Shown one piece after another: positions 23,741-34,682 of a DNA stretch of 64,000 bases. The position numbers and the translations under genes are program-made. The stretch lies in the NCBI GenBank assembly GCA_002104945.1, contig MCFH01000022.1:124001-188000 (forward strand). Direction: 5' to 3'. The notes below the pieces were generated by a model. It did no database searches, was not told the DNA's origin, and saw nothing but the letters and a program-made list of their open reading frames with translations. The number at the start of each line of letters is the position of its first letter. Within the stretch, counting starts at the first letter, position 1. This DNA comes from Piromyces finnis finn (lineage: Eukaryota > Fungi > Neocallimastigomycota).

Positions 23741-23992
23741 AATAATCAAACCGTCATTAATGGAAAATATAATGAAAATAAAGATAATAAAAATATAAAT
23801 TTATTCAATTATTCAAATAATAAAAATCCACTTTATAATAATGATAATATACAGTATTCTAATAATCAATATGAAAATAATACTAATTATGCTCAAAAAG
23901 AGATTAATTTAAATAATAAGAATACTACTTCTTACGGAACTAGTTTTAATTATTCCAACAATGAAAAATATAAAGCTGAAAATAATAATGGG

Positions 23993-26900
23993 ATGAATAC
24001 TGATTATTCTATGAATGTATCAAACCAGAATGGAATTAGTGATATGTACCCTGAAATTGTTGCTGTTGCTACTAGAAAGAATAAGAATAATGATAAGAAA
24101 ACATTTACCCCATATAAAGTACCACCGGGTAAATTAAAAGATAATCCTGTACCAATATCTACCGCGGCAATGAATCACAATAAAACTGATATAAATGATG
24201 ACGACGAAGTAGTCCCACTTACAAGCGAGATAGATATGGAGATGAATGAACCAGTAAATATTAATAACCCTAAAGTAAATAATACTGATAATCATGAAGA
24301 TCAACTTAATAATGAAAAGGATAAGAGCAGTAGTGATGAGCAAGGTGAACCAACAAAGAAAAATAATCCTACTGTCAAATCAGGAAAAAGAATACATGCT
24401 GATAAAATTAGTGAAAATAACTCTAACTATATTGATGATGAAATTGGAAATAAATTGAGGAAAGATATTATTACAACATTTGATAATAGTTATAAAACAA
24501 AACCAACCAATCCTAAGAGGAAAAATTCCTATAATGACACTACTGATGATGACGCTCAATCTGATAAGAAAAGGAAAACAGAAAAATTGCAGTTTCTTGA
24601 TTTGTCATTTATTAATCAACCTAATATAACAAATGCAAAGAAGAAAAATAAGTTAGATAGAATAAACGAACTTTCAAATCTAGTTAGTGAAATTAATGAA
24701 GATAATAATAAAGCAGATGAATCATTGACTAAAAATGAAAAGCATATTAAAATACTTGAAAAGTTGGAAAACATGTACATTGAAGATCTGATTCGGGATA
24801 TTGTATCAACGGAAGTCAAAACTAAGTTAGTAAATTTGCTAGACTGGTTCCCTAAATTTAGAAGTGAATTTATAAAATCTTTAAAGTTAACTTCATTTAA
24901 AAACCCAGCATTAAATGTTATGTCACTTTTTAGTAGAAATAAAATTATTAAAGTACCTGGTGAAGTTGAAAATAATAATGCTGAAATTTTCTTGGATACC
25001 TGCTCTAGTGTTAATTTAATTACTAAATCAGCATTAAAGAAATTTCAAATCAACAAACCTTGTATTGGTACAATTACTGAAACTTTTCTACAAGCCTTCT
25101 CTAATAATAATTCAAATTCTAGTATTTATGAATTAAGTATAAAAATCGGTGATCTTACCTTTTCTGAATATTTTAGACTAGTAGACAAAGATGACATTTT
25201 TGATATACTAATTGGGGTTGATTCTTTAAAAAGAAATCGATTTGTTATTAACTTAGTGGATGATACTTTATATTTTATGGATTTAAGTAATAATCCAATT
25301 AAACTTACCAATTTGTGCTACGATATTAATATATACAATAATGGAAATGACAATAATCAAACTGAAGTTAATGATGATAAAGAACAGAATAATACTGATA
25401 ATGTTAAGCACACTAATTTTGATGATTATTACCTTTCAACTTATGGGATATTACCAGCATTAATTACAGTCACTAGTGAATCAACTACTAATAATCAAGG
25501 TTTAGATATAAAATTGAATAATTTAGAAATTAAAAGAAACATAATAAATAATATTATTACTGTATTACCTTTGGATATTCAAAACAAGATGAAGGATGTC
25601 TTTAACAACTTTATGGAGGTAATAGCCATTAAAACAGATGATTTAGGTAAGACTAAATTACTTCCTCATCATATTGACTTGCTACCAAATACTAAACCGA
25701 TTAAACAGAGAGCCTATAGATTACCGAAAGTTAAAGCTGATGCTCTAAAGGTAGAACTTACTAAGCTCATAGAGAATGGTCTTATTGAACCATCCCATTC
25801 ACCTTGGTCTTCACCTGTAGTTTTGGTTCCGAAAAAGAATAACCAAGTAAGAATGTGTGTAGATTACCGAATGTTGAATAATTTTACAATTAAAGACTCC
25901 TATGCTCTCCCCCTTATAGACGACATTCTGTATTATGTAGGTAATAATGCCGCAGTTTTAAGTACTATTGATTTGTTCTCAGGATACCATCAGATTCCAA
26001 TGCATCCTGATGATAAAGATAAAACTTGTTTTACCACTATTTTTAGTAATTATAATTTTGTTGTTATGCCCTTCGGTTTGTGTAATGCACCTGCGACTTT
26101 CCAAAGGGAAATGAACAGAATATTTTTTGATTTAATTGGAAAGTCTGTGTTCGTTTATATTGATGATTTAGTTATTTTTTCTAATTCTCTAGAACAACAT
26201 GTCACTGACTTAGCTTCTGTATTTCAAATTTTAAAAGATAATGGTTTGAAAATAAATATTGATAAATGTAATTTCTTTAAGCAAGAAGTTGAATTATTAG
26301 GTCATCTACTTTCTGTTGATGGTTTAAAACCTTTGGACTCGAAAATAAATGTTATATTAAATTGGATTCCACCTAAAAACATTAAACAACTTCGTTCCTT
26401 TTTAGGTGCAGTTGGGTATTACCGTAAGTTTATTTCTAACTTTGCACAAGTAGCTCAACCACTATACGAGCTCACTAAAAAAGGTATTCCTTACGAATGG
26501 TCCGATTCTTGTTCTAATTCTTTTGAAAATTTAAAATTAAAGTTAGCTTCGGCTCCAATTCTTTCTCCGCCTGATTTTAGCAAACCCTTTATTATAAGAA
26601 CGGATGCTTCTAGAAGTGGTATCGGTGGTGTTTTAATACAATTGGACAAAGATAAATTTGAGAAACCATTATACTACCAGAGTCGTACCCTATCTGATAC
26701 TGAAAGACATTATAGTATTACTGAACTTGAGGGAACTGCCGCCTATTATTGTGTTATGAAATTTAAATCATTTATTACAGGTAATAATTTTGATACTTTA
26801 TTAATTACAGATCACAAACCTTTAGTCAGCATTTTCAAAAATAAGGAACCAACAACAAGCCGCCACATAAAATGGATTACTGAATTTAGTGCATTAAGGG

Positions 26901-28414
26901 TGATTGTTCAATTTGAGGAGGGGAAGAAGAATGTTTTAGCAGACGCTTTATCTAGAATGGAGAGTTCTCAAACCCCTGTAATTATTAATAATGATGAAAA
27001 AAAAAATAGTAAAATTAATATTTCTGAATTTAATAATGCTAATGATTATTCTAATGAAGTTGGAAATAAAAATAAAATAGTTACTACAAAAAGTAAAATA
27101 AAAAAGAAAGTTAGATTTGATGACGATATTATAAATGTTAGTAAAAATGTTGATATTAGTAAAGAAATAGCAAACGTGATAGTTGAAAATAAAGACGTAA
27201 ATGGAGATATTCGTGTAGGTGATAGTAATGAACAAAGAGTAATGTTAAATAATTTTTTCAATGACTTTATAAAAAAAAGAATTATTTTAATTGATGGAAT
27301 AGAATATTATAAACATGGAGATAATTTTAGGAAAATAATTACTGATAATAATGAGAAAATCCGATTAATAGCTCAAGCTCATGCAATAGGACATGAAGGT
27401 ATTTATAAAACATATCATAGGTTATGTAGAGATTATTATTGGAAAGGAATGTCTAAAGATATAAAATTATTCATCAAAGGTTGCCATAAATGTCAAACAT
27501 GTAAAGTGCAACCATTAAATAAATATCCTGAAAATATTGCTACTCCACCAGAACTTCCTTTTACTCGTGTTAGTTTGGACTTAATAGGACCTTTAAATAC
27601 CACTAAAAGAGGCTCAAGGTATATTATTGCTTTAGTGGACTATATGACTAAATGGGTAGAGGCTTCCCCATTAATAAAAACTGAATCTGAAGATGTGATA
27701 AGATTTTTAACGGAAGTGTTTTGTAGGCATGGTATTCCAGAAGTCTTGGTTACAGATAATGGACCACAATTTAGTTCAGATAGAACTAAAGCATTCCTAG
27801 ATCTTAATGATGTGTTTGTACAATATATTACAACTTACCATCCTGCTTCAAATGGACAAATTGAAAACAGAAATAAAGAAATTTCAAAATATTTAAGAGT
27901 GTTAGGAAAAAATAATGAAGAATGGGACGATATATTACCTAGCGCTTTATGGGCACTTCGAACTGCTAAAAATGAAGTAACAAAATTTAGTAGTTTTGAA
28001 TTATTATATGGTCGCAGAGATATGCAACCATTTGAATTATCAATAAATTTAGATAAAAAAGGACCTGAAGAAACAGATGATGAATACTACCTTAGAAAAT
28101 TTATTACTCACCATAACTGGATTCAGGAAGCAATAAACAATATTGAGACTGCAAATGAGGTTTGGAGGGATAGAAGAAAACAAATAAGGAGATTAAGAAG
28201 TGAATTTAAACCCGGAGACCTTGTTTTGATAAAACACTTCAATCGTCGAAAATTGGACCCGTACTTTATTGGACCTTTAAAAATTATTAAACGACAATTC
28301 AACACTGTGACGGTATGTGACCCACAGACAGGGGAAATAGCCGAACGCAATATTCACCTTAAAAATATAATTCCGTATTATACCTCTTATGTAGGATATG
28401 TAAATGAAGAATGA
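23993..28414 (+). CDS. pol: Pol of element C (N-terminal extension, protease, RT, RNase H, integrase; no chromodomain)
   Basis: FLDTCS, YIDD, HxxxHxG...CxxC zinc finger, DDE core, GPY/F-like YFIGPL; the protein ends shortly after this motif. Confidence 0.96.
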   Translation: MNTDYSMNVSNQNGISDMYPEIVAVATRKNKNNDKKTFTPYKVPPGKLKDNPVPISTAAMNHNKTDINDDDEVVPLTSEIDMEMNEPVNINNPKVNNTDNHEDQLNNEKDKSSSDEQGEPTKKNNPTVKSGKRIHADKISENNSNYIDDEIGNKLRKDIITTFDNSYKTKPTNPKRKNSYNDTTDDDAQSDKKRKTEKLQFLDLSFINQPNITNAKKKNKLDRINELSNLVSEINEDNNKADESLTKNEKHIKILEKLENMYIEDLIRDIVSTEVKTKLVNLLDWFPKFRSEFIKSLKLTSFKNPALNVMSLFSRNKIIKVPGEVENNNAEIFLDTCSSVNLITKSALKKFQINKPCIGTITETFLQAFSNNNSNSSIYELSIKIGDLTFSEYFRLVDKDDIFDILIGVDSLKRNRFVINLVDDTLYFMDLSNNPIKLTNLCYDINIYNNGNDNNQTEVNDDKEQNNTDNVKHTNFDDYYLSTYGILPALITVTSESTTNNQGLDIKLNNLEIKRNIINNIITVLPLDIQNKMKDVFNNFMEVIAIKTDDLGKTKLLPHHIDLLPNTKPIKQRAYRLPKVKADALKVELTKLIENGLIEPSHSPWSSPVVLVPKKNNQVRMCVDYRMLNNFTIKDSYALPLIDDILYYVGNNAAVLSTIDLFSGYHQIPMHPDDKDKTCFTTIFSNYNFVVMPFGLCNAPATFQREMNRIFFDLIGKSVFVYIDDLVIFSNSLEQHVTDLASVFQILKDNGLKINIDKCNFFKQEVELLGHLLSVDGLKPLDSKINVILNWIPPKNIKQLRSFLGAVGYYRKFISNFAQVAQPLYELTKKGIPYEWSDSCSNSFENLKLKLASAPILSPPDFSKPFIIRTDASRSGIGGVLIQLDKDKFEKPLYYQSRTLSDTERHYSITELEGTAAYYCVMKFKSFITGNNFDTLLITDHKPLVSIFKNKEPTTSRHIKWITEFSALRVIVQFEEGKKNVLADALSRMESSQTPVIINNDEKKNSKINISEFNNANDYSNEVGNKNKIVTTKSKIKKKVRFDDDIINVSKNVDISKEIANVIVENKDVNGDIRVGDSNEQRVMLNNFFNDFIKKRIILIDGIEYYKHGDNFRKIITDNNEKIRLIAQAHAIGHEGIYKTYHRLCRDYYWKGMSKDIKLFIKGCHKCQTCKVQPLNKYPENIATPPELPFTRVSLDLIGPLNTTKRGSRYIIALVDYMTKWVEASPLIKTESEDVIRFLTEVFCRHGIPEVLVTDNGPQFSSDRTKAFLDLNDVFVQYITTYHPASNGQIENRNKEISKYLRVLGKNNEEWDDILPSALWALRTAKNEVTKFSSFELLYGRRDMQPFELSINLDKKGPEETDDEYYLRKFITHHNWIQEAINNIETANEVWRDRRKQIRRLRSEFKPGDLVLIKHFNRRKLDPYFIGPLKIIKRQFNTVTVCDPQTGEIAERNIHLKNIIPYYTSYVGYVNEE

Positions 28415-28433
28415 AAAGTGAAATTTTAAGGAA

Positions 28434-28476
<43 letters not shown>

Positions 28477-28532
28477 AAATTTCAAAATCTAAATTTCAAA
28501 AAAAAAAAAAAAAATAAAATAAAATAAAATAA

Positions 28533-28568
<36 letters not shown>

Positions 28569-29018
28569 AATAAATAAATAAATAATAAATGATAATAAAT
28601 AATACTAATAAATGATAGTAGTAATCATAATAAATAAACAATATTACAAATATATATAAAAATTTAATACTTACAAAAATAATTTAAAAGAATTTCAGTT
28701 GATGGAAAAATACATTTCAATTAATAGTAATTGTGAAATTTCAAAATTTCAAAATTTCAAAATTCAAATTGTAAATTTGATCAAATAATAATTAATAATT
28801 TTAATATAATAATTATAAATAATAATTATAATAATAATTTTTATTTAGTATATATATATAAAAAAAAAAAAAAAAAAATTTAAATTTCGAAATCTAAATT
28901 TTAAAAAAAAAAAAATTTTAATAATAATGATAATACTAAAATTTTCCTTTGTTTTATCGTATATCAATGCTTGCCATAAGACTTCAGGAGACGAAGTTTA
29001 ATTTCGGCGGAGGCATCT

Positions 29019-29583
29019 TGATACGTGATAAAATTATATAGTTAAAAATATTAAATTTATATAGTTATTTTTAAGGGTTAGCAATTATTTAAGAAAAATA
29101 ATAATTTAATCTATTATTGAATAACCAATAAAATATTATAAAAATTTTATATAAAAATAACAAAAATTCACTTTTATTAAGAAAAGAGAGTTCTTTGATA
29201 AATATAATTAATTATTGAGAATTTTTATATCTGTTTTAACTAAAAATATTTTTTATATTAAATATATAAATGTACTTAAAATTATTTTTATTAATAAAAT
29301 AAAAGAGAAAGTTACAAATAAGATTTTTTTTATGTTTAATCCTTTTTTTTTCTTATATTCAAATACTTTGTGTATAAATTGTTAAAAATAATAAAAGTAA
29401 AAGCAAAATAATTAATAACACTAAAAAATAATTATTAGTTATAATATAAATAAATATACAAATAATCATTTTTTTTTTTTATTCTTTTATTAGAATATAT
29501 TATTTTGTATAAATCCCTTTTGTTCGACTCCTGGAAATAAAATAAATAATTAAATTTATGGTATTATTAAATAATACGTACCA
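29019..29583 (+). repeat. 3' LTR of C
   Basis: Matches 21748-22311 apart from T-run length. Confidence 0.95.
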
Positions 29584-29587
29584 TTTT

Positions 29588-30267
29588 TGTGTAATAATTA
29601 TATTATATTTATTATATAATAATAATTATTAGCTTTAAATTAATAATATAAACTATTATTAAAATGTGAAAATAAAGGTAAAATTAGAAACTTAACTTAA
29701 TGAGTTTATTATAAGAAATTATAATATACAAAACCAAATGTATCAGAATTATTTTGTGTATTTAATAGTTTTTTTAATATTTATTTTATTACTTATTATT
29801 TTGTATAAAGTTATTTATTATAATTAATCTTATAATAATAACTCTTGATTTCTCAAATCGAACTCAAGAGTACTATTTATATGTTTTATTCTATTAAATT
29901 AAAATTTCTAAGAACATTCTAATCTTAACAAGAATCTTTTTAGGAAAAGACTAGAAGAAAAACCTAAAAAGTTATTTGATTGATATTCTAATCATACCAA
30001 TCATCGTAATATTAAGTAAAACCGTTGATAACGGGTAAAACCTTAATATCCGATTTCCTATTACATACTAATATATAGTTGTATAATATTATTAATGTAA
30101 TTAGTATGTGTTTTATCTTTTATAATACAAGTATATATATAAATGAATGTATAAATACATAATTAAATAAATTAATTAATCTAATATAGCGAATGAATAA
30201 TTATTAACTAAATAAATTATTTGTAATGTTTAATACTAAGAATAAATAATAAGTATTTATTTTTACA
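29588..30267 (-). repeat. Solo LTR, family J (copy J1)
   Basis: TGTGTAAT...TTTACA; shares a structured module with four other copies; strand inferred from G-U pairing. Confidence 0.75.
29917..30054 (-). other. Structured RNA module in J1 (ENE-like loop, hairpin, U-rich pseudoknot)
   Basis: Stems covary across the five J copies. Confidence 0.7.
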
Positions 30268-30271
30268 ATTT

Positions 30272-31894
30272 TGATAAATAATAATTATAAATATATTATA
30301 AATTTGATATTAGTAGAAAATTTGTGAAGATATTAACTGGATTTAAAACAAATTCAGATAATAACTATAATTAATTAAACATAATAATTAGAATTAAATA
30401 ATCCCAATAATTATTTTAAAACACCTTTAAAAGTCACCTTTTAAATTCTGATTCAGTGAAAGGGTTATGATTTCAAAAAATTTAATATCAATACACTATA
30501 ACCCTTAACCAAAAATAAACAAACACGAAACAAGGTGTAACTCGCCAAAAACGATCGCTACGGCTGTAAGTGATACGGCTATGAAACCAGGTTTATTAGA
30601 AAGCTTAAGGAAAAAGCTACATTTTGGTACAATCGCGGTCCTTCTAACTGGTCATTTAAGGAAGATATGATCATTTGAAGATTTTAATAAGTAAATTAAA
30701 ATTAATATGATATCAAGTATGGATCATAGACATTTCTTATGACTTGACGAAAATTAAAAAGATATCAATAGAAATTCTAATTATATTAATTTAATTAATG
30801 ATAGTGACTGTTACTAAAAATAGAACTAAACCATTTAGGTGTAACAGTTAACATTTATAAATTAAATAATTTTAATTATTATAAAATAGGTTAATGGATC
30901 AAGTGTTTAAATGATTAATCATATGTTTATTTTATTTTATGTCATGACAAAACAAACAAACAAGCAAACAAACAATCTTATTATATTATTAACATATTAC
31001 ATGTAATACTTTATTTTTATCAATTTAATAATCTGAACAAAGAATATAAAATAGAATGAATTGAATTTGATTTTAATTCTTTGTAAAGATTATAGTTATA
31101 ATCTTAATTATATAGTTATTAAATATATTATCATTTATATTATTATTAATAAATAAATAAAATTTTATAAAAAAAGTTATTCTAAAGAATAAATATTAAT
31201 TTTTCATTTGGAAGTTTAAAGGGTTATTTTATATTTAAATTTAATTTCTTAAAAACATATTTACTATATAATTGATAACATTCTGACCTGGCCGCATAAC
31301 CAAATCCAAAAACTTAACAAAATTTTATTATAAAATAATTATTAAATAATTTTATATAGTTTATTATAAAAATATAATTTACATAAAATCAAATATTTTA
31401 TAAATTTATATATTTGATTGGGTTAAATTATAAAAATAATTTTTAATATAAAGAATAATAATATTTTTTAGTAGAAAATGAGAAGACTTAGATTACTAAT
31501 AATAAGTTAAATTTTAATAATAGTTAATATAATTAATTAGTGAATACATAATAATATTTAAAAGACAAAAATAAGTTTTTATATAATAAAAATTATTGTT
31601 AAAAAGAGCGTAAGAACAATAAATAAAAGAAAATATAAAAACGAAATTAAACTTGTCTAATTTGTAATTATTGTGTTAATAATAAATAATATTTTATAGA
31701 ATAAATCTGGTGTTATTATTCTATATAAATATTATTAAAATAATAAAACTATTAAAATTATAAAATAACTTAAAATAAATTAATAAAACTAGTAGATATT
31801 GTTAAAGCTCGTACAATAGCTGTCGAGATAAAACAATATAAGATAACAGAAGAAGTAGTTAAAAAGTTGTAATATAATTACCAATCCGTTATCA
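30272..31894. repeat. Solo LTR, family F, interrupted by E
   Basis: 4-bp TSD ATTT. Confidence 0.85.
30323..31319. repeat. Solo LTR, family E (997 bp)
   Basis: TG...CA; 5-bp TSD AAATT; reverse copy at 61691-62822. Confidence 0.85.
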
Positions 31895-31897
31895 ATT

Positions 31898-33002
31898 TGA
31901 TACGCTACTCACATAAAAACATGATAAAAACTAGCTGAATAAACACGACTTAACCCATAGTAACTTATAATAAAAAATAAACAATAATAACCCTTAAAGA
32001 TGAATGAATAATAATTTTATGAAAATATAACCCTTTCTTTAAATAAATAATATTATCTTTATTATATAATAAATTCTGAGTAAAAACGACCTAATAGTGA
32101 TAATAATAAAATAAATTATTAAATAAAATAAATTATTAAATAAAATAAAACGACTTAATCCAATAATGTACTAAAATAATAAAATAATAATAAATAAATA
32201 AAAATGAATAAATAAACTAAAAATAAAATGATATACATCAAATTATTAATTCTAGTGTTTATCCAAGTGTTCTTTAGAAATTCTCTTAAACTTATAAATT
32301 AAAAAAATAACTAATTGAGTAATTATTACTAAAATGATAAACTTAAAACCTGGAAATAGAACAATAATAACAATTCCAAAGATAAAATACAGAACTCTTT
32401 TATGTTTCTGTATAAAATGAGTGTTTATAATAATTGATACTTTTAATATTTTAATTTCATTTTAATTTTATTTTAATATTATTTTAATTTTAAATTTTAA
32501 TTATTTTATTCAAGGTATTATACATTTAATGATAGTCAATGATAATTTATAATAATTTTTCTAAATTTAAACATTTTGAAGTAATAAGAAAATCAAATAA
32601 GTAATATTCTATAATATTTTATAATACTAAGACATAATTTTAATTTATTCTTTTAATTTTAATAAATAATAACAATAGTAATAATAGCATTTAATAGTTA
32701 AAAATAATAATACATGTAATAAATGAAAATGTATAAAAGGAAGATAAAATTCTTCTTTATAAAGGGCGGACAATAAATAGAGAATAAAAAGACCATAAAC
32801 AGATAATAAATAAATTATAAAATATAATAAAGATTTAATTTAAAACATAATAAGAGTTTATTTTCGAGTTTTGAGTGATTTATTTGTTAATTATAAAACA
32901 TATTTTATTTTATTTTAAATTTATTGTTTCATCATTATAATATAGAATTTATTATTTATTAAAAACATTATATTATTCACAAATATATCGGTCAACGCAT
33001 CA
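31898..33002 (+). repeat. Solo LTR, family L
   Basis: Reverse complement of 8489-9648; followed by TATT. Confidence 0.85.
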
Positions 33003-33006
33003 TATT

Positions 33007-33790
33007 TGATACAAGATGCATAGAAAAATATAATATTTTAAATATTTTATGAATAATATCTAATCCTTTTATAAATTGTATATCAATTACTAGTATTAAT
33101 AATAATTAAACTATATTAGTATAAATTATTATGACGCAAATGTTACACATATATTAGAATAATTAATTACACAAGAAATGAAAAGATATAAAAATAGTGA
33201 AAAAGAACCAGATATAAAGAAAAAAGAGAAAAAGGGAGAAAAACTTTTCATATATAAATAATACTTGATATTTTAGTTTTAAGTATAAGTTCTATTTTAT
33301 TTTATTTTAGTTACAGTTTATTTTAGTTTAGTTTTAGGTCACTAATTACGTATTTAGTATTTACTATATTTAATTCAGTTTAAAATATTAATTATAAAAG
33401 AAAAGAATAATTATTGTTTATTTTTATTATTTCAAAAAGTTATATTTTATTATTAATAAGAATTTTATCAACATATTTTTATATTTACATTTTATATTTA
33501 AGTATTTATATTTATTAAATCATAACTTTCGATTCTACTAGTATTGAATGTTATTAATCTTATAGTCATAATAATAATAATAATTAAATAAAGAAACTCT
33601 AAACCAAAATCTATTTAATTATATTATTATAAAATTTATTATTTTTATTATTTGTTTTTATTATTTATTTTTATTATTATAAAATAGAAATAAATACAAT
33701 ATTATCTAATATATTATTCAACTCTCATTCCCTATTGCTAACGTTCACAATTATATTTTATTTATGGTGTTTTTGAAATATATTGCATCA
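33007..33790. repeat. Solo LTR, family M
   Basis: TGATAC...GCATCA; 4-bp TSD TATT. Confidence 0.85.
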
Positions 33791-33794
33791 TATT

Positions 33795-34627
33795 TGTGTA
33801 ATAATTATTATATATTTAATAATAATTATTATCTACAATATAATAATACAAATCGTAATATGTATTATTAAATTGAGAAGTTTCTTAATAGTAAATAAAA
33901 ATGAATAATTATCTTAAAGAGTTTATTATAAGTGAATTATAATAACAAACACAAAATATTAAGACTATCTTTAATGTAAATATTTTTTATGAATATAGTT
34001 TTTGAAAGGGTTATTTATTATAATTGTCTTAAAATAATAACTCTGGATTCTTTAGTGGAATTCCAGAGTTCTTATATTTATAATTTTTTGATAATTTAAA
34101 GTTTAATATAGAATTTCTAATCTTAACAAATAATCTTTTTAGGAAAAGACTAGAAGAAAAACCTAAAAAGATATTCGATTGATAACTAATATATCAATCA
34201 TCGTAATATTAAGTAAAACCGATTAAAATTCGGAAAAACCTTAATATCCGATTGTCCTAATATGTATTTATATTTTCTAATTGTTTCTATAAGTTATTTC
34301 AAAATACGATACATAAATATAAAATACAAACGTAAAATAAAATATATAATGTTTCTTATAAAATGTAATACAAAAATTATTAATTAAAAAATAAATGAAT
34401 GTTTACTATTATTTTAAATATATTACTAAATTAAATAAATAAATAATTAATATAGTAATTAAATAAATTTTAAATTAAGTAAATGAATAACTAATATCAA
34501 TATAGATAAATGTTTATAGTAATTTAAATGAATGTATGCTAATAGTTTAAATAAATAATTAATTTAATAATTAAAAAATAATTAAATAAGAATTAATTTA
34601 TACAAAAAATAATTATTAATTCTTACA
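33795..34627 (-). repeat. Solo LTR, family J (J2); structured module at 34115-34252
   Basis: TGTGTAAT...CTTACA; conserved module. Confidence 0.75.
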
Positions 34628-34682
34628 TTGTAAGAAATATTTGTGGCCATAAGTTTGCCCACAAATATTTCAATTGAAACCA

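Larger units (their letters stand above)
21748..29583 (+). mobile_element. Complete non-chromodomain Ty3/Gypsy element C
   Basis: 564/565-bp near-identical LTRs, 4-bp TSD TTTT, tRNA PBS, intact gag and pol; inserted 15 bp upstream of tRNA-Ala. Confidence 0.97.

Noticed and set aside
30540-30680. Hammerhead ribozyme or gag relic (KLKEKATFWYN) in the E-family block
   Set aside because: No CUGANGA/GAAA core with correct stems; the reading frame has stops at different positions in the two copies.
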